DNA of 32,000 nucleotides, from contig CP091279.1 of NCBI GenBank assembly GCA_021650915.1, forward strand, positions 1,830,001 through 1,862,000. The letters are read 5' to 3'. Position 1 is the stretch's first letter; each line of letters starts with the position of its first letter. The translations under genes and the position numbers were made by a program. The notes beneath the pieces are model-generated. The model made no database searches and had not been told where the DNA came from. It saw nothing but the letters and a program-made list of their open reading frames with translations. Source of the DNA: Candidatus Brocadia sp. Lineage in GTDB: Bacteria; Planctomycetota; Brocadiia; Brocadiales; Brocadiaceae. Below, in pieces: positions 28,000 through 32,000 of the stretch.

Positions 28000-28192
28000 G
28001 TGATTAGAGTCTAAATTATTTTTCAAAGTGTCTAATTTCCATTGACATATTCCGGAATATCTTCGCCTAAAAATCCTGACCTGTATGCTTCCGGAGATAT
28101 AAAGAAGCAAATTTCACCCACTCGTTTCCACGATGACCCAAAAAGGGAAGGACTTAAACTTTTGCCAATTATTCTGGACAAAACCTGGTTTT

Positions 28193-29608
28193 TTACTTTC
28201 TTTTTTTAAATAAATTGATTATTCCTTCTTGTACATAACTTGATAAGTCATTAAGGCTTTTAATGTTTTTTAGTTGATAATAAATTATTTTAGGCCTAAG
28301 ATAAAATTCTTTAAATGCTTTTTTTTGAGCATCAAGAATTTCTTCAGCAGTAAGATTTGAATGTTTGCTTACGGGCTTACCTTTTAAATTATATTGATTC
28401 CAATCCGTAGTCAAAACAAGATTATAATTCAGAGAATAATCCCAAAGCCTTGAACCTGGGAAGGGTGTTACCGTAGTAAAGCCCGCAGTATGTAACTTTA
28501 GACTTTTTGCAAAGTTTATTGTGTCGCGCATTGTTTCTTTCGTTTCACCAGGCAAACCAAACATAAAAAAACCATGTGGTTCTATTCCAACCTTATGCGT
28601 AAGACCAACAACTTGTCTAATATCCTCCTTTTTCAATTCTTTAAATTGGGACAGAATCTGTTCGTTTCCAGACTCTATACCATAAAATATAGATTTGCAA
28701 CCAGCTTTCTTCATCCATGTTAAAAGTTCTAAATTAACTTCGTTAATCCTAGCATTGCAGTTCCACGTTATTTTTAATTTTTTTTCTACAATTCCTTTAC
28801 ATATATCTATCAGCCTTCTTCTGTGGAGAGTGGCTATTGAATCTCTAAAAGAAATAAAATTAACGCCAAAATTATTATTTAAATACTCAATTTCATTTAT
28901 CACATTTTCAGCACTTCGATATCGATACTTCCTACCCCAATTCCTAGTTACAGAACAAAAAGAACAATCATACGGGCATCCACGGCTGGTAATAATAGAA
29001 GCAAATTTCCCCTTCTTACCCCAATGTGGTGGAGGATTGTAATCTTTAAAATTTGGTAACAAATGATATGCTGGAAATGGTATATTATTTAGTTCGTCGT
29101 ATTTAGTTCTGCTATTAGTTTTAACAATAGTACCATTTGATTTAAAAACTATCCCACCTATATTGTTAAGGTCATTTCTCTTTTTTTCAAAATTTTCGCA
29201 TATTTCCAACATGCTAAATTCGCCCTCACCTAATACTGCAATATCAATATCCCTTGAGTTAAGAGCTTCGTCATGCATTGCTGTAACATGCGGTCCACCC
29301 ATTACAATTGCCGTTTCATGGTTTATTTGTTTTATTACTTTAGCAACTGCATAAGCATCGTTAGCACTGGGTGTTGTGGCAGAAATTCCTACTATATCGG
29401 GCATAAAATCTATTATCGTTTTTTTGATTTCGTCTAGGCTTTTGCAAAAATTTAGAGCATCCAAGATTTTCACGTTATACCTATACTTTTCCAGTACACT
29501 TGCAATATATAGCAACCCTAATGGGTGTACCTGAAATTTTGGAACTTCTACATGTCCAGTCGACAGACCCTGCGGAGGACTTAGTAACAAAATTTTTGTT
29601 TTTTTCAT
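28193..29608 (-). CDS. B12-binding-domain radical SAM protein (class B rSAM)
   Basis: 471 aa. The N-terminus is a cobalamin-binding-like Rossmann segment (ILLLSPP...VGISATT...VMGGPHVT). The radical SAM cluster motif is GCPYDCSFC. The gene is visibly more AT-rich than its neighbours. Substrate is unknown. Confidence 0.8.
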   Translation of the reverse strand: MKKTKILLLSPPQGLSTGHVEVPKFQVHPLGLLYIASVLEKYRYNVKILDALNFCKSLDEIKKTIIDFMPDIVGISATTPSANDAYAVAKVIKQINHETAIVMGGPHVTAMHDEALNSRDIDIAVLGEGEFSMLEICENFEKKRNDLNNIGGIVFKSNGTIVKTNSRTKYDELNNIPFPAYHLLPNFKDYNPPPHWGKKGKFASIITSRGCPYDCSFCSVTRNWGRKYRYRSAENVINEIEYLNNNFGVNFISFRDSIATLHRRRLIDICKGIVEKKLKITWNCNARINEVNLELLTWMKKAGCKSIFYGIESGNEQILSQFKELKKEDIRQVVGLTHKVGIEPHGFFMFGLPGETKETMRDTINFAKSLKLHTAGFTTVTPFPGSRLWDYSLNYNLVLTTDWNQYNLKGKPVSKHSNLTAEEILDAQKKAFKEFYLRPKIIYYQLKNIKSLNDLSSYVQEGIINLFKKRK

Positions 29609-29644
29609 AAAACACCCTTTCTCTCATTTACATTAACAGACCTA

Positions 29645-30805
29645 GTATTATAACAAATTAATTACGAAACATAGTGCCTTGACAGCTTTTGATCAGCATC
29701 TTGCCGTGTAAACTTCCAATCTATTGTTGATTTGGCCTGGTTGCGTCGGTCAGTCCACGCAGCGACTTCCGACCGAAGGGTTTGTTCGTTTGGTATTCGG
29801 CACCCAGTACACTGCCGATCCATGATGCCGATTTCAATTTCAGCCATATTAAGCCAACTGGCATGCTTGGGAGTATAATGAAATTCTACTCGTTCCAACA
29901 TCTGGGTTGCTTCTTCAACACCCAATATTTCTTCAAAACTACTGCGAAAATGAGTATTAAGATTGTCCAACACCAGATGAATCTTGAGCGCCCTTACATA
30001 GACTTTTTTTACCAAATGGCCGATGAACTGGACAAAATCTCTCTTGGTACGACGGGTTGTCACTTCAACCTGTCTACAACCACCCTTAGGTTCAACTGCC
30101 ATGAAAATATTACGGGTGCCGGCACGTTTATACTCGCAGTCCTCTTTGACAGGATTGCCCGGACTGGCAGGAATTGGGAGGCGCGGTTGTTCCAAAAGCT
30201 GCTTACTCTTCTCGTCTACGCAAATCACTGGCTCGTCCTCACAATAAGACCTCGTGTAGAGTTCCAGCAAATCATACATCCTTTGGCGGTATTCCTCAGT
30301 CAATTTACCAATACACCACATCAATTTCCGCCACGGCTTACAGTCGTTTTTTTTAGAAAGAGACGGATACTTTCACGACTAATCTTTCTAAGTTTTAGCT
30401 GTTGCCTTATTGCTTCAGTCAACAGGGCGATTGTCCAGCGCCTGGCACCCTTCGGTGGTGCACTACATGCCAAAGCTACGACTTCGGCTTGTTGGTTGGT
30501 TCCGTATTTTACCGGCTGACCGGGTCTGACAACATCGTGAAGTGCATAATCCAAGCCCTTCTCAAGATATGCAGAGCGTGTCCGCCAAATGGCAGTGCGG
30601 CCAACACCCAGAACAGACAGAATATGTTTTTCAGGCACATTTTGGTCTAAAGCCGATAATATATGCGCACGATTGACTTCTCTTGTCATGTGCTGCCCCT
30701 TGGAGCGAAATGACTTCAAGGCTGCTCGTTCTTCCTCGGTAAGTTGAATTTTTGCTTGTCTCATGAAGCACAGCATAATGTATTGTAATTAATTTGTCAA
30801 CACAC
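29645..30805 (-). mobile_element. IS630/Tc1-mariner-family insertion sequence flanked by TA
   Basis: The IRs are GTATTATAACAAATTAATTAC (29645-) and GTAATTAATTTGTCAACACAC (-30805). TA lies at 29643-29644 and 30806-30807. Confidence 0.8.
29662..30776 (-). CDS. IS630-family transposase in two frames joined at an A8 run (HTH ORF 30321-30776, DDE ORF 29662-30324)
   Basis: The upstream ORF ends ..LFLKKTTVSRGGN*. Shifting at the AAAAAAAA run (about 30343-30350) gives LKKNDCKPWRKLMWCIGKLTEEY, the conserved IS630 junction. The DDE part has VDEKS...VLDNLNTH...LNMAEIE. Confidence 0.8.
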
Positions 30806-30838
30806 TAGTATAACGTTTCACAAAAACATTGACAAATA

Positions 30839-31978
30839 CTATGTTAGTAGATCGAATTTTTTCCAGCGATGAATAACGGGGGCTTCATTAATTTCAGATA
30901 TTCCTTTTAATATTCTATTTCGCAATTCGACAACAGAATCAACCCTAATGTGCTTTAAGAAGGTTCGGGCCATTTTACCAAATAGTGTTTCCACCAGATT
31001 AAGCCAGGAGCCGTGCTTTGGAGTATGAACATAAACGAATCTATTTGGCCGGCTTGATAGATATCGCAAGGTCTCTTTTGAAATATGCGCAGAATGATTG
31101 TCTAAAACAATTCGTATCGTATATGCTGATGGATAAAAGGCATCCAGTTCTTTTAAAAGCTCGATAAATTCTTTGCTTCTGTGACGTTCATGAACCTGGG
31201 CTATTACATGCCCTGTATGCAAATCTAAAGCGGCTAATATGCTCACGGTTCCCAAGCGTTTATATTCATAATCTCGGAGAACCTGAGGACATTTACCAGC
31301 TATAGGTTTTAAGTCTGGTGCAATATTTTTTATTGCCTGAACACCGGGCTTTTCATCTACGGAAACGGTAATCGTTCGATTGCCAGAAATTTTTTCTGAA
31401 GCATCTTGTTTGTTTTGCAGGTTAACCTCTTGGTAAACCATAAGGACGTCTTCCATTTTACGCTTAAATTCTGGATCCCGTTTCTCTAAATAATAGCGTA
31501 TCTTATGTGGTTGTACGGGATGTTCTTTTAATATTCTATGAATCGTGGCTTTTGAGGCCTTTGAAAGACACGCATATCCCTCCTGGGGGGCATATTTTCT
31601 TGTGTGTTTTGCTAAAAGGCTTTGCGTCCACAGTTCTGCTGCATATCCATGGTCTTTGGGTTTTGTGCATGCAATATTTACAACCCACATCTTTGCATTC
31701 TCGGTAATTGTGGGCTCTTTGGGCCGATGATATTTATCTCTTAGCGCTTCTTCCGGGCCTAACGCCAATGCCTTTTCAATGTATTTATAAATGGTTTCCC
31801 TGCTTAGCCCTATCGATTTTTGAATTGCTGTTATAGATTCTTCTTGATACTTCTTAAGAAGCACTTATGCTCTCTTTACTTCCCGAAGAGGAGCAGTGCG
31901 AGATCGAGCAGTGTTTTCTAATTTGCATAACTGTTCCGGACTAAGAGATAATTTTGGCTTTTTACTAATTCCCGACAC
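30839..31978 (-). pseudogene. Second IS630-family transposase with an in-frame TAA near the N-terminus
   Basis: SD AAGGAGG and GTG 31978 open 37 codons (VSGISKKPKLSLSPEQLCKLENTARSRTAPLREVKRA). An in-frame TAA follows at 31865-31867. The 341-aa ORF then carries VDEKPGVQA...VLDNHSAH...LNLVETLF. Element ends were not determined; the right end is probably outside the window. Confidence 0.7.
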
Positions 31979-32000
31979 CTTGGCCTCCTTTTTTAAGGCC

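Larger units (their letters stand above)
24737..28034 (+). mobile_element. IS3-family element (~1.57 kb without its insert) carrying an IS66-family insertion
   Basis: The left end is TGGACACTTTACCCC (24737-). The right end is ..AAAGTGTCTA (28025-28034), which as reverse complement reads TAGACACTTT. It has the orfA/orfB organisation with an ATGA overlap. No target duplication is evident. Confidence 0.7.

Overview
All calls come from reading the sequence and ORF track and from remembered family motifs; no database search or folding program was run. The window has three parts. (1) 1-7.5 kb holds ordinary chromosomal genes: two paralogous TDT-type membrane transporters, a CoA-disulfide-reductase/rhodanese fusion, a YkgJ-type Cys-cluster protein, an amidohydrolase and a four-helix-bundle cassette gene, interspersed with hairpin repeats. 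(2) 9.7-15.9 kb is the most interesting part. Two near-identical secreted beta-helix genes lie in divergent (inverted) orientation. Each is preceded by a sequence matching the c-di-GMP-I (GEMM-I) riboswitch aptamer closely, and a third divergent orphan aptamer lies between them. A ~320-nt non-coding repeat sits in opposite orientation relative to the two genes, and the copy near gene 1 is bracketed by inverted hairpin motifs. (3) 15.9-32 kb is a nested mobile-element graveyard. An IS1634/IS4-like transposase gene is split by an 8.15-kb IS1634-like element (6-bp TSD). That element carries another IS and a group II intron inserted into the RT ORF of a second copy of itself (twintron). Downstream is an IS3 element split by an IS66-family element (8-bp TSD). 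An isolated AT-rich B12-binding radical SAM gene follows, and then two IS630-family elements. No rRNA, tRNA or CRISPR array was seen. Several element junctions do not match each other, so rearrangement or assembly chimerism must be considered.
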